DNA of 59,885 bases, filler included, from Asterionella formosa (taxonomy: Eukaryota): the NCBI GenBank assembly GCA_002256025.1. It is 4 parts of 4 records of this genome, joined end to end, with 100 filler letters (N's around TTAATTAATTAA, not from the genome) between each part and the next. Parts side by side here need not be neighbours in the genome. Positions count along the whole stretch, not along the records: positions 15,695 to 31,271 come from NKIB01005372.1; positions 31,372 to 46,897 come from NKIB01005392.1; 2 more parts are not named here. One strand, given 5' to 3'. The notes beneath the pieces are model-generated. The model was not told where the DNA came from. It worked only from the letters and a program-made list of their open reading frames with translations, and ran no database searches. Within the stretch, counting starts at the first letter, position 1; each line of letters opens with the position of its first letter. Position numbers and translations under genes: made by a program. Positions 24,085-35,040 of this stretch are shown here, piece by piece.

Positions 24085-26214
24085 ATGTCGATCAACGCAG
24101 GAAGAAACAGCAGCTACCAGGACGAAGGCGAGTCACATTTGAGTCCAATCCGTGACGTCTCTGGCTTTGTCGACAACAACAATAATGGTTCTGGATCGTC
24201 CGTCGGGTCTTCATGGGCACCAGGCCAGTCAACTCAGCGGGCGAGTCGCCGAGGATCTAGGAGTGAACCCATCGTTCCCTCGTCAGGACGGCGAACGGCA
24301 GAGTCATCGGAAGAACACCCCTTGTCATTTCAAGATCGAGTAGTGCAAGCTGCAGAAGCGACGGGGTCCTCGGCGTTGTTTGGAACACTAGAGTTGTTGA
24401 AACTGGCCGGAGGAGCCACTTTGTCAACTACTGGCAAGATCATCTCCCCTTCCATCCAAGTTACCCGAAATGTAATTCTACCGGCACTGTGGTCTACCCT
24501 CTCAGACTATGTCGCGTTCATATCGCCGCAGCGACTCAAGGATTGGTTCCGAATCATACGAAGCTCGCTATATCACTTTATAACAGTCTTGAAAAATACA
24601 CACAAGGGAATATTATTTCGTCAAAGAGTCGCTTCAATCGGAGCTGACGTGATGGACTGCTTGAGCAGTGATGCTTCTCGTCAAGTGATTGTCGACGGAA
24701 TGGCAAGCATGATCAAGCTGGCAGAAGCGCTTCATACTCCAGAGACCAGCACGTTCCTGGATCAAATGGCAGTATTTTCAAGTCGTTTAGTAGATGCAGC
24801 AGCTTCAGGGCGAAACAAGCAACTTCTCAAAGATACAAAAGAAGCGGTTTGGGCATTTTGTCAGTTGGCTTCCGATCCATCCACAACACTTGCCTTGGCA
24901 GAAGTGACGGCTTGTTTATGTCACGCCTTGGAGATGGAAGAAGCCATTCATCGAACTCAATCAATTCCTAAACATCTCGCTTCGCAAAGGAGATACGAGC
25001 GCAACAGGTTTCAACGGCAAACATACGTTGATCCGGATATGATGCAAGATCCAGACACTACGGTGGAACAGGTTATTTTAAGCAGCCTTGGAGGAGCCAG
25101 TGAGGGGGACAATGGGAGTTTGTCGAGCAATGTGGACTTTGAACGAATTCCCATTGAAATGCGAACCATTGCTACCGATAGTGAAATGGATCTACAACCT
25201 CTGGACGATCGGAAGAATGATGGTAGGGATGCGGTCGACACTGAATATCTGCATCGACAGATATCGCAACGAGCTGCCACTAGGGAACGTCAAAAACTTT
25301 TGAGAACTACAGTGACTACGACTGCGAGCTATGAAATCCCTGTCATTCAATCTAAAGTATCCGCCCAACTTGAGGAAGAGTTTGAGGATGATGTTGAAGA
25401 TTTGATAGGTCCAGAAGATTTGATAGTTCAAACTGTTAACGAGGACGACGACGACGAGCACGATGATAACGATCCACTCGCTATCCGACGACAAAGTACT
25501 ATGAAGCAGTCAAACATTTCAAAGCAAAAAGTGCAAGATTCCTATGGTGGATGTGAAGAATCTCAAGAGTTTGATGGAAGTCAAGATGACAAAGAATCGC
25601 CAGCATCGGCATCCCCTCCACTTCTCACAATTGACGGCGAAGACGCTGCAAGTCGGTTTTTTCGTAGTCTCGACGAATTGATGGATAAGAAGAGAACAGA
25701 TGCCCTTCAGTTTGTTCTAAAAAGTCCTGACAACGATAAGGTTGGAGCTTGGTACCCAAAGGCTGCAGCTGCAGCTGGAGCTGGCAATGAGCGTGGTCAA
25801 GATACATTGAAACAGCGCATGCGCAATAAGCAGTCATATCGATCCGGTATTGGAGTTGGCAGGCAAACCATAACAAACGGATGGAAGCAATCATCGAAGG
25901 ATATGGGCAAGGACAATTTCTTGACTATCTTGTTTGTCGCATGTATTGGCTTTTTAGCCTTGACATGGTTCGTCCTAGGCTTTTACGGTCTCTATGTCAT
26001 AATTTTTGGTCCTCCAAAGTCTGGGGTGCTCAAACTAGGATCAATATTGTCGATGCTTAAGCCTTCGCCTGCATCAAATGAGGTTGTTATCCGAGTAGTG
26101 AGGGAAGTTGTTCATCTCTTGCCAGATGGTACTGTGTTGGAAAAACTCTCAGATTCTTCTCCTTTGGAGAACTTGGAAAATATTGCTGAATGCATTGCTG
26201 CATCGGTAAAATAA
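24085..26214 (+). CDS. Uncharacterised protein with a helical core, acidic disordered region and C-terminal TM segment
   Basis: Long intact ORF with first ATG at 24085; hydrophobic FLTILFVACIGFLALTWFVLGFYGLYVIIF. Confidence 0.75.
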   Translation: MSINAGRNSSYQDEGESHLSPIRDVSGFVDNNNNGSGSSVGSSWAPGQSTQRASRRGSRSEPIVPSSGRRTAESSEEHPLSFQDRVVQAAEATGSSALFGTLELLKLAGGATLSTTGKIISPSIQVTRNVILPALWSTLSDYVAFISPQRLKDWFRIIRSSLYHFITVLKNTHKGILFRQRVASIGADVMDCLSSDASRQVIVDGMASMIKLAEALHTPETSTFLDQMAVFSSRLVDAAASGRNKQLLKDTKEAVWAFCQLASDPSTTLALAEVTACLCHALEMEEAIHRTQSIPKHLASQRRYERNRFQRQTYVDPDMMQDPDTTVEQVILSSLGGASEGDNGSLSSNVDFERIPIEMRTIATDSEMDLQPLDDRKNDGRDAVDTEYLHRQISQRAATRERQKLLRTTVTTTASYEIPVIQSKVSAQLEEEFEDDVEDLIGPEDLIVQTVNEDDDDEHDDNDPLAIRRQSTMKQSNISKQKVQDSYGGCEESQEFDGSQDDKESPASASPPLLTIDGEDAASRFFRSLDELMDKKRTDALQFVLKSPDNDKVGAWYPKAAAAAGAGNERGQDTLKQRMRNKQSYRSGIGVGRQTITNGWKQSSKDMGKDNFLTILFVACIGFLALTWFVLGFYGLYVIIFGPPKSGVLKLGSILSMLKPSPASNEVVIRVVREVVHLLPDGTVLEKLSDSSPLENLENIAECIAASVK

Positions 26215-26419
26215 GTAAAAAGATGTCTGCCTTGCATCCTTGGCTAACAGGAATTAGAAATAAATAGTATTTCGCTATCGAAAAACGGAATGTTTTTGCA
26301 CTCCTTATTATTGTTGCATTAATTAAGCGACAATGGTTTGAATACGACGAAAATAAAGGAAACGAACATATACCGCATTCACGCGTCTCTGAAGATTGAG
26401 AGGATATTCGCCACTTTAT

Positions 26420-26746
26420 TCAAAACGAGCTGATATCGATAAAGAGACCCCATGCCCCATCGTCATCTTGAGCTGGTTTATTCGCAATGAGGGTTGAAAG
26501 AGACTTGGTTGATCGTTTGGCGTTCTGACCTGATCCGCTTCGATCTACAAATGTTCGTGAACCAACACAAGTTGCACAACTTGCGGTTTCTTCTCGTGTT
26601 CTTGAATAGGTCCGCCTTGGTTTTGATGACCTTGCGGGCGACAGAGAAGAAGCAATACCAATCAAAACTGGTGAATTTTTAGAAACCCGACGTTGTCGTG
26701 AGCGTGATAAGGTCAGAAAGTATCCATTAGTAAAGATTCCTGGCAT
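26420..26746 (-). CDS. Small Ser/Arg-rich protein ending in DDDGAWGLFID
   Basis: ATG at 26746, 108 aa; shares its C-terminal motif with 27737-27979. Confidence 0.5.
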   Translation of the reverse strand: MPGIFTNGYFLTLSRSRQRRVSKNSPVLIGIASSLSPARSSKPRRTYSRTREETASCATCVGSRTFVDRSGSGQNAKRSTKSLSTLIANKPAQDDDGAWGLFIDISSF

Positions 26747-27736
26747 TATGATGATCTCAATCGCAATATCGAAGGAATCCACTTTCAAAGGGGACGATTG
26801 AATGCAAGTAGATACAGTAACACTGCTTCCTCGGCATTTTTTGTCACCAAAAAAGACATGAAATGCAATCAAGACGACAACGACAATGAGAATTTTCCCA
26901 TCACTCATGCAGTAGATTTTATTGCTCCCGGTACTCAATCCCTGGTACATTACATAGGGACATCACCATCATGCATGTGGCAAAATGTCAGTGCGTATGA
27001 TTGTTATAATGACGATACATTACATAAGAATGACACAAAGACTCTCGAGGTCATGCATGAATTTAGCTACCGGTAAGTTCTGCAATTAATTACCTGGTAC
27101 TACCTGGAACCGGGGTAGCCTAACTGGTTCCGGATAGCTATGTTCACATGTTGGTCCAGTATGAACGAACAGGTATGCATGACGAATTTGAGCATTAAAT
27201 AAGTAAGTACAAAAGAAAGTTAGAATGAGAAATCAGAGGGTGGAGAAACAAAAAGAAATCACTATCAACTGGAGGATGACGTGGTCTCTTTTCTATGAAT
27301 TGATTGGTTTATTACTGTGACACCTTGCAAGAGGCGATGTATGTAATGATAGAAAGTCATACATATTCGTACTATACATAGTGAATTTCGGAACAAAACT
27401 CGATGTCAACCTCCCTATGAACATCACGGGTTGATGCAATTCTGTCAGATGCGCTGGCTTGTTTTGAATGACATCACTAAATAGCTCACGTAGAGGTTGA
27501 TTTATAAGTATGTCATTTACCTTGTCATCACCGGGTGTCAACCGGTCAGCCTTTCTGCCTCATGCATGCTGGTATATCAAATTAGTGAGACGCCTTGAAA
27601 CACAGCCATATAGACGCCATGATGCTGTTCGTTTGTATGTGATTCGCCAACTGGGTTTCATATAATGTTGAATTTTCAAGTTCGTTAAGATATGATCACA
27701 AAATCAAACCAAAATTATAAGCAACTCTAAACGAAA

Positions 27737-27979
27737 ATGTTCAGTAATACCCAGCAAGATCTTATCGCAGCAGTCGAAAGACTTCATTTCCACCACGAGG
27801 AATCCAAGGGAGGAACGATGATACCATCGCACAAAGCATCGTCCTCGCTTTCTACGATGCTTGGAAACCAACAAGGCTCGTGTTTCACGATCTGCTCCGC
27901 TCCTCTACAAGAAGAAGAAGAAGTGCCAACAGATGCATGGGGATATTTCGTCGATTCCAAAGTCGACCACTGGCGATGA
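27737..27979 (+). CDS. Small protein ending in EEEEVPTDAWGYFVD
   Basis: 80-aa ORF in a good aaaATG context; acidic stretch plus WGxFVD motif. Confidence 0.55.
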   Translation: MFSNTQQDLIAAVERLHFHHEESKGGTMIPSHKASSSLSTMLGNQQGSCFTICSAPLQEEEEVPTDAWGYFVDSKVDHWR

Positions 27980-28647
27980 TTTCTAATTCAAATTGAAACG
28001 AATGGTGTTTTGTCGATACCACATATCTATGCACCTTTTGATAGTAACAATACTTCAAATAGGGCCAAATCATTAATCGTAATTTCTTTTACTATGGTAT
28101 AATCAGATCCCACTGTCTATTCTCATTTCATTCCATCAATCATCCATCGCCATGGAGACTGTACAATCGTGACAAGTCAATTCATCAATTCTGCAACAAA
28201 GAACCAGAAAAAGCACCGACTACCATATGCAACCTCATGCTAGATAAGGCAGAATTCGTTGGAACTTTCAATTTGCGTCTGTATGTAGACAAACGACTTC
28301 AAGCCGCTCATCATCCAGAGACAAAACAGCTACATCAATCTTCTGGATTCTGAAGGATTGGCGAATCAAAACTACATCATGCCTTCGCAGTATCAACTAG
28401 AATGGTAACTATAAGTTAACAAGTATTCCCTGCAAAGCAAAGGATGACTCCAGAAGATTTCCCATGATGACATGAGCGAAACCAAGGACTTGGAAAGCCA
28501 ACAAACTGGTCCAAAAGGTCAGCAAATAATATTATCGCAATCTTTCTAAAAAATATATATTTAATTTTTGGGAAGAAATTGTTTATACAAAATATCCGTC
28601 CGCTAAATATCATGTTAGATAAAGACAAGGTAATTTCATTGACCTAG

Positions 28648-29364
28648 TCATTGAATGCGTTCAAATCGCTGTACACAGACAACATCGGCACGGTCATCCT
28701 TGAAGATCGCTTTTGAAGTCATTGTGATGCTCATCTTGTCCGCAGACAATTGCCTTATCGTTTCTACATTGTAATCTTCAGTGATTCCTTCTTTACACAC
28801 ACGAATTCCATCGCCAGAGTCAAGGTATTTCATCTGGTCTCGAAAAACCCTACCTCGAATGTTCGTTTCAACAGGCGGCCCATCAATTTGGTAAGTAGTT
28901 TCTGATTCTATGATACCCCGAATTTGAATAGTTATAGTTTTGCCACTGTGTGTGATTGTGTGAGTTGGACGAGCTGCGTCTGCTGCACGACGAAGTGCCC
29001 ACGGGACACCCTGGACTTCTAAAAATCCGTCAAAATTGTCATTCTTGACCAACTTGTATGAACCACTCAAATTTACTTCACCATCTTCGGTTGATTCTTT
29101 TATTGTAGGAAGATGAGATTTTACAACAAGAGCTTTCGAGGATTTTGTTGGTCGCCGTCGCTCAAGGTCTCGCCAAATTAACGACACCAAATATCCAACG
29201 ACACAGAAGGCATAAATTGGCACCAATAAAACGTTTACAACATCTTTAAATGCATCCAAAATTGAAATTATGCTGAGCGTAGCACTTGATTTTCCAAGGT
29301 ACAACCCAAGGACCAAGAAGAACCATGATGGGACAACAAAATCAGGCGCGGAGATATTCGCCAT
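28648..29364 (-). CDS. Fatty-acid-binding protein/lipocalin domain with N-terminal TM helices
   Basis: NLSGSYKLVKNDNFDGFLEVQGVPWALRRAA...CVQRFERI matches the FABP pattern. Two hydrophobic N-terminal segments; probable ATG at 29364. Confidence 0.8.
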   Translation of the reverse strand: MANISAPDFVVPSWFFLVLGLYLGKSSATLSIISILDAFKDVVNVLLVPIYAFCVVGYLVSLIWRDLERRRPTKSSKALVVKSHLPTIKESTEDGEVNLSGSYKLVKNDNFDGFLEVQGVPWALRRAADAARPTHTITHSGKTITIQIRGIIESETTYQIDGPPVETNIRGRVFRDQMKYLDSGDGIRVCKEGITEDYNVETIRQLSADKMSITMTSKAIFKDDRADVVCVQRFERIQ

Positions 29365-29799
29365 TGTGGAAGTTCTGCTTAGGAGTGCGTTGTTACAGCG
29401 GCCGTTTCGAATAAGTGCGACGTTATGAGGGGTTGAGTCGAAAATCTCATGGAGCACTTATGTAGCACTATATGTATACCGCTACTCAGGTATGGATATT
29501 GTTGTGTATTAATTACCGTTAAGTCACTTGCCACTACCGGGACGTCTCTCCCAGTAAGTCCAGGTATACCTTGAAATGTAGGAGAACCTGGTACCAGGTA
29601 CCAGTTAAAAATGGCTTTGAGCCACGTTATTATATCGTTTTCCGACTTATTCTAGAATTATGCTAAAATCGATCCCCTCTTTCGCCCGTTGGCACAATAT
29701 TAGTTAGTTCATTACGCTACATGAGAATGAAATCATTTTTTGTTTGAATTCACATTTACTGAGATCTATCCATTTTAAAAGTGACAAAAACGGCCCAAG

Positions 29800-30900
29800 T
29801 GGCTCAAAGCGATTGATTAAATTTTATTATACATGAAGGTGTTTTTATAGGCGACGGTTGCATCAACCTTGTTTGCAAGTGCTGTGTGTGCATCTATTTT
29901 CTTATACTCTTGCTCACTCTGCTGCACTTGTTCCGCATGCCTCTTCCTTTTCAGCTCTTCATCGACCACTTCAAAAGTTGAAGTACCTACCTGCAGAGAC
30001 ATGAAGACCGGCTTTGTATTGTTTATTGCTTGCAATCGCCCTTCGTGCTGTTTCTTTTCATTGGTGATCATGATTGCGATACTGTACTAACCTGATCAAC
30101 AGGGGTTCCAGTGATGCCTTGGCTCAAGTTTAGTCCGGATGGGAGAATGGAAGCGACTGATTGATTATTGTTTGCTTCTGCTTGCAGATTCGGGGTTTTC
30201 AGTTGAGTTTCCGGATGGAACAAGAAGCTGTACTAGTTCAATGAATCCCAACCTCATTCAGCAACATCTTTTTGGTTGGTAGCGAAATGGGCAAAGTATT
30301 CATCCCATGATTTCAACACCAGATCAACAATGCATATCATCCTTTCCAACAGCAAATTCAGCATGGCGCCTTTCCTTTGGGATGAGTAAGGCTCTCTTGC
30401 ATTTCGTGAGTTGGATGTTTAAACTTGGATTTGTTGTCAGGGGTAAAATTGATGAGGCGTGAATAATTTAGTGTCATAGTTACAGGTAAAGGTACTAGTG
30501 AATGAATTGCCTTTCCCGCCTGATTTAGCTTCTGCAAATGTTACTGGATCATAGGTCTTGTTAGCCAAGCCAGCAGTGTAGCCGCCTTACTACTAGATGA
30601 AACAATATTCAAGATTGCACCACATGGCTGGTAGTTTGCCATTGCTATTTGCCTTTAAAGTTTCTAATTCCATAACTATATTATTTTAAATAAGTGACAT
30701 GACAGTCTTATCCAAAGTATTAGGTATCACCTTGTACTTTTTGGATGGTTGAGGCTGTACTCTTGTTGTAAGTTTCATTGTTGTCAAGGAGATGACTGCG
30801 ATTTGCTTCATTTTGTGGTAGCTCGGAAGCAATTTCTGATGTGAATTATGGTCTCGGACATAAATATATGGCTCGATTTTTTGTCCTTCAAGAAATACTT
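29800..30900 (-). pseudogene. Degenerate pogo/Tc1-mariner-like transposase remnant
   Basis: Minus-strand fragments NPSLNIQLTKCKRALL and DVAE*GWDSLN resemble C-terminal motifs of stramenopile DDE transposases; heavily decayed. Confidence 0.4.
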
Positions 30901-31271
30901 GCATTCATTTACTCAGAGTGACTAATTGATTCATTTATTGCTATACTAGTACATTGTCCATGGCGGTTAAACGCAACAAAATATATATTTGACATTGAAT
31001 GTTGTCATAAATGAATATGTGTATTTCCGGGCGATGCCGGCTCAATGGTATAATATTGTTTATGCCACTTTCGGGCCGATCACAACGTTCCGACACATTC
31101 ATCTGATTATCTAAAACACCTACCGTATACTTCATTGTCCTGGACCCCCCCTATGGTTGCTGGACCCCCCTGTACATTTTTCTCGAGGTGGAACCAAACA
31201 CCCAATAATTTTCTTGTCATAGACAAAGTAACGTGCCATAATTCTTTTTGTCCTCGTAGGCACTAGTATGT

Positions 31272-31371
31272 NNNNNNNNNNNNNNNNNNNNNNNNNNNNN
31301 NNNNNNNNNNNNNNNTTAATTAATTAANNNNNNNNNNNNNNNNNNNNNNNNNNNNNNNNNNNNNNNNNNNN
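31272..31371. other. Artificial contig spacer (N44-TTAATTAATTAA-N44)
   Basis: Linker at 31316-31327. Confidence 0.97.
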
Positions 31372-31561
31372 TCATCCCTGGATGCAGAAAGGAATTGGAA
31401 TTTTTTCGCACCGAGACAGGATATCTTGCTTCCACAAGAATCCCATACACCTGAAGAAATTGGTTTATCGGAATCTTTCTATACTGGCACCAAAGCACGG
31501 CACAATTGCAGATCATAATGGCCACTGAACATGATTCCATGTTATTTCAACCAGAAGATGA

Positions 31562-33792
31562 TTGATAGAAATACATAACCATAACAGCAATGTGAAATCC
31601 TTTTCTACTAGGTGCATGTTCTCTGAACCCATCATTCCACCCATTGAAAAAATAGTTAATAGGCATAATCCAGGGATTTCTTGCCCTGACATTTTCGACA
31701 AAGCTGTCATCCCAGATCTCTCTGACAATTTTGGAATATCACGATCGTTTTGCCTTTCCAGATGACTATTGATATATCTAGCACTTTGTTCGAAGTATAG
31801 TTTCGAAAATACATTTCTGGTGCTGGTACAAGTGTTGGGTCTTGATTTTTGCCAGTGTAGATATTTTTGGTAACTGGTGCGTGTGTCGCTCCTTTTTGGT
31901 CTTAGCCCGTTTCTTCGGTTGCTCTTGATCAAGAAAAGCAATGTCTGTCGTTTCAGTGCTAAGTTTCTGATCAGAGATGTTCTCTGGAATATCTGTTGAT
32001 TTTCTTTGTTTAAAGAAAAATGTTCATTCTTCAGGGATAGTCCGATAATTCCAAAATGTACTTAAATATTCCAAGTAGTAATTGATGAAGAACCTCAAAT
32101 GGAGTTGCACCAAATAATCCATTTAGGTCACCACCAAAAAAATGATTTATAAGTGCAGACATAATAGGATTATGCGATAAAACATGGCACCACTCGTTTG
32201 CTGTTGCGTATTTGCAATTAGATTGGGAGACACAATACTCAGGTGGGATACATGGTAATTTTCCATCGGGATATGCATTTTTGTCAAGAAATTTGTTAAA
32301 AAACTTTTTAACATCTGACGCTTTACGACGTTCACATCCAATATCGGGATTATCAGCATCTTATGTTGAATCCAGGCAATCACGACAAACATATCGTCGT
32401 TATAATCCATTTCCACCCCTGAAACCACAAATTTTGTTGTGCTCTTCTGTATCACCAATGATCATTCTAATCTGGAAATAAACTTTTGTCATCATACCAA
32501 GACCATGAACCCAAATATGATATGACTTGTTTGGATCTTCGAAAGGCGACAATAGAAATCCTGTAACAGAATGGTATAACTTGAGTCTACATAATGACAA
32601 GTTGTCAACAGATAACTTATTATTCATTTGTTTCTCCAGATCACTGACTTGAATGTTTGGCAAAAGAGATACCAATTGCCAGCCATCCATCAACTTTTTT
32701 CCTTCCTTCTAACGTTAAGTTTAACATTGTGAACAAAAAAGGATGCTCGGAATGTTTCATTTGTTTATCAATAGGTGAACCATCACTGAAAACTGCTAGG
32801 GCAACAAATAAACACCCTGTCTTCAACACTCCATTTTCTGATGCAGGAGAATTGTTGAACGCATTTTCAAACCAAGTCGCGGAAGTTACTTCGTCATATA
32901 TGCGTTCTCCACAAGTTGTAAGTTTCACTTGTGGGTGACATACAAAATGTTGCATGATATCGGAATCACGTAACAATCTTGCCATGAGCTGTACTGGTTC
33001 GAAATAATGGAGTGTGCGTGGGATGATCATATTTGAATTGTTATCAATCTCTATTTGTTTGGTCAACAATTGACCGCCAGCTAATGTTGGTGTAAATGAA
33101 ATATCCATGCGTTTCTTCAAAATCTGGTAGGATAGAGCTTGATACCTTCCATCAAAATATTTCATTGCTTTTGCCTTGAACAGCCATTTCATTAGATGAT
33201 CAAAGTAAACTGGTGGAAGGTAATTCTCGCTAAGGAATAACATGAGTTCTAATTCGATTGGATGCATGTTTAGAGAATGTTTACTTGGAAGTTGAAATTG
33301 AGGAGGAAGGGGCATTTCCATTGCATTTTCAGGGAGAAAGCCGGTGCGATCTTGAAAATCTGAATATTGCATCATGGTTTCTGAATTCAATCCTTGGAGA
33401 GTTTTTAGTCTCAATTGTTCGTCTTGTTGTGACTGAATATTGTTATAAACTGAATCGTCGCTGTAGTCATGAAATGGATGATTATGGCCACTTGATTCAA
33501 AGATAGGACACATAATCTCTTCTTGTTCTCTACTCTCCCTAAATGCTGCAGTTACATTGACATTAACTTCTTTCCTTGAATGATTCGAGGCACTACCGCA
33601 ATACATAGTTTCATTATGTATTCCAGGAACTCGATGTTCTTGCATGCAATGTCGACAGTGACCATATGCATTAAAAAAGCAACGGTTGCTACAATTTCGA
33701 TTGTGAGACTCAGATGGGGATTTGTTCTTCCGAAATTTGTAGTTACACAGATAACACCATTGCAATGTCCGCAAAGACATTGCAAATTTCAA
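31562..33792 (-). pseudogene. Plavaka-type (EnSpm/CACTA-related) transposase, frameshifted and 3'-truncated
   Basis: IYDEVTSATWF, ALAVFSDGS..EHPFLFTMLNL, LKLYH, IIGDTEEHNKICG and ERQNDRDIPKLSERSGMTALSKMSGQEIPG motifs; Cys-rich N-terminus. Confidence 0.75.
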
Positions 33793-34080
33793 ATGATGAC
33801 CAAGTCAGGATATGAACAGGATAGAATGAAAATGAATTAATATTTAATAATAAATTGAGCGCCACTTCGAACATGCTGTGCTGGACAATACAGAGTCGTG
33901 AAATTATCACTCCACCATAGTAGTAAAAATGGAGGTATACCGCTACATATAGTACAGGCGGCACTACTTTAGTATAGAGCAGCATCAATGTTTTCCTAAC
34001 ATCTCTGATATGTTTTGCATTGTAGAAGTCTCACACTAACTATATTTATTATGTAACTACTAAGTATGCATTGGATTCTA

Positions 34081-35040
34081 TTAGATCCATTCCAAATTAA
34101 CGTCGTCATCAATGTCCCGTTGATTAATGTGGTCATTGTAATCAATATTCTTCTCAGGAACATTTGGTTGAAGTGGTTCAACATGTTGATGCATATCCTC
34201 TTCAATTACGTTGGGAAATGAGAAGTATGCTTGTGGGTAGATGATATTTGTGGTGGAAGTAGCAATTCCACTAGGATTCCTTCCATATTCAGATCGATTC
34301 TTTTGTGAAAGTCCAGTGTGGATTTCCTTATAACAAACGAGTAAATCATCAGTCCATTGATCAGTAAGACCATTTGAAACTGAACTTTCTTCCCTCACAC
34401 GTTTTTGATAAGTGGTTTCCCACCAATGTCGACAAAATCGGTAGAATGACGAATATCGTTCTCTGAAATTTCCTGCGTATCTGGATTGAAACCCAAATAT
34501 TTTTGTTGCAATCGGAATTTTTCTATCAGCACCAAGAACAAGCAAAAGGCTTCTGTACATTGATCAGCGAACCAACAAAACATGATTGTAATTCGCACTG
34601 TGGCCGAAGACTGAGTTGAAATTTGGTCACACCAGATTTGTCTCCTGTTAAAAATGGTTCTCCACGGCTTGTGCTGCCTATGAAATACACCGGAGCAAGA
34701 ACATCACGCCAGACTTGGTATCCTTGGATTCCCCTGTCAATGTCCTTTGACTGAGAAAAACGATAAAGCGTCAACGCCCACCTAATAAAGTCATCAATAT
34801 CCATAGTCTGGAAGTTAGCTATATTCTGTTAGACCAGCTGGTGTGTCACGAATTATGTTAGCATTTTTAAATTTGTCCATCTGCATCCGGTAGTTATTAA
34901 TGGTATCATCGACAGGAGCCATTTTTCTTGTATCATCAACTGAAGAAGAAACGTCATCATTGCTTTCAGTATCAACTAGGGGATCCTGTTTAACTCCCTG
35001 CCTGTTGCCAATTGGGTTCCTTCGGAAAATCGCCGATTCG
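34081..35040 (-). pseudogene. Unknown accessory ORF fragments upstream of the Plavaka transposase
   Basis: Overlapping ORFs 34081-34560 and 34526-34804. The segment 34870-35040 is a direct copy of ~11105-11310. Confidence 0.4.
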
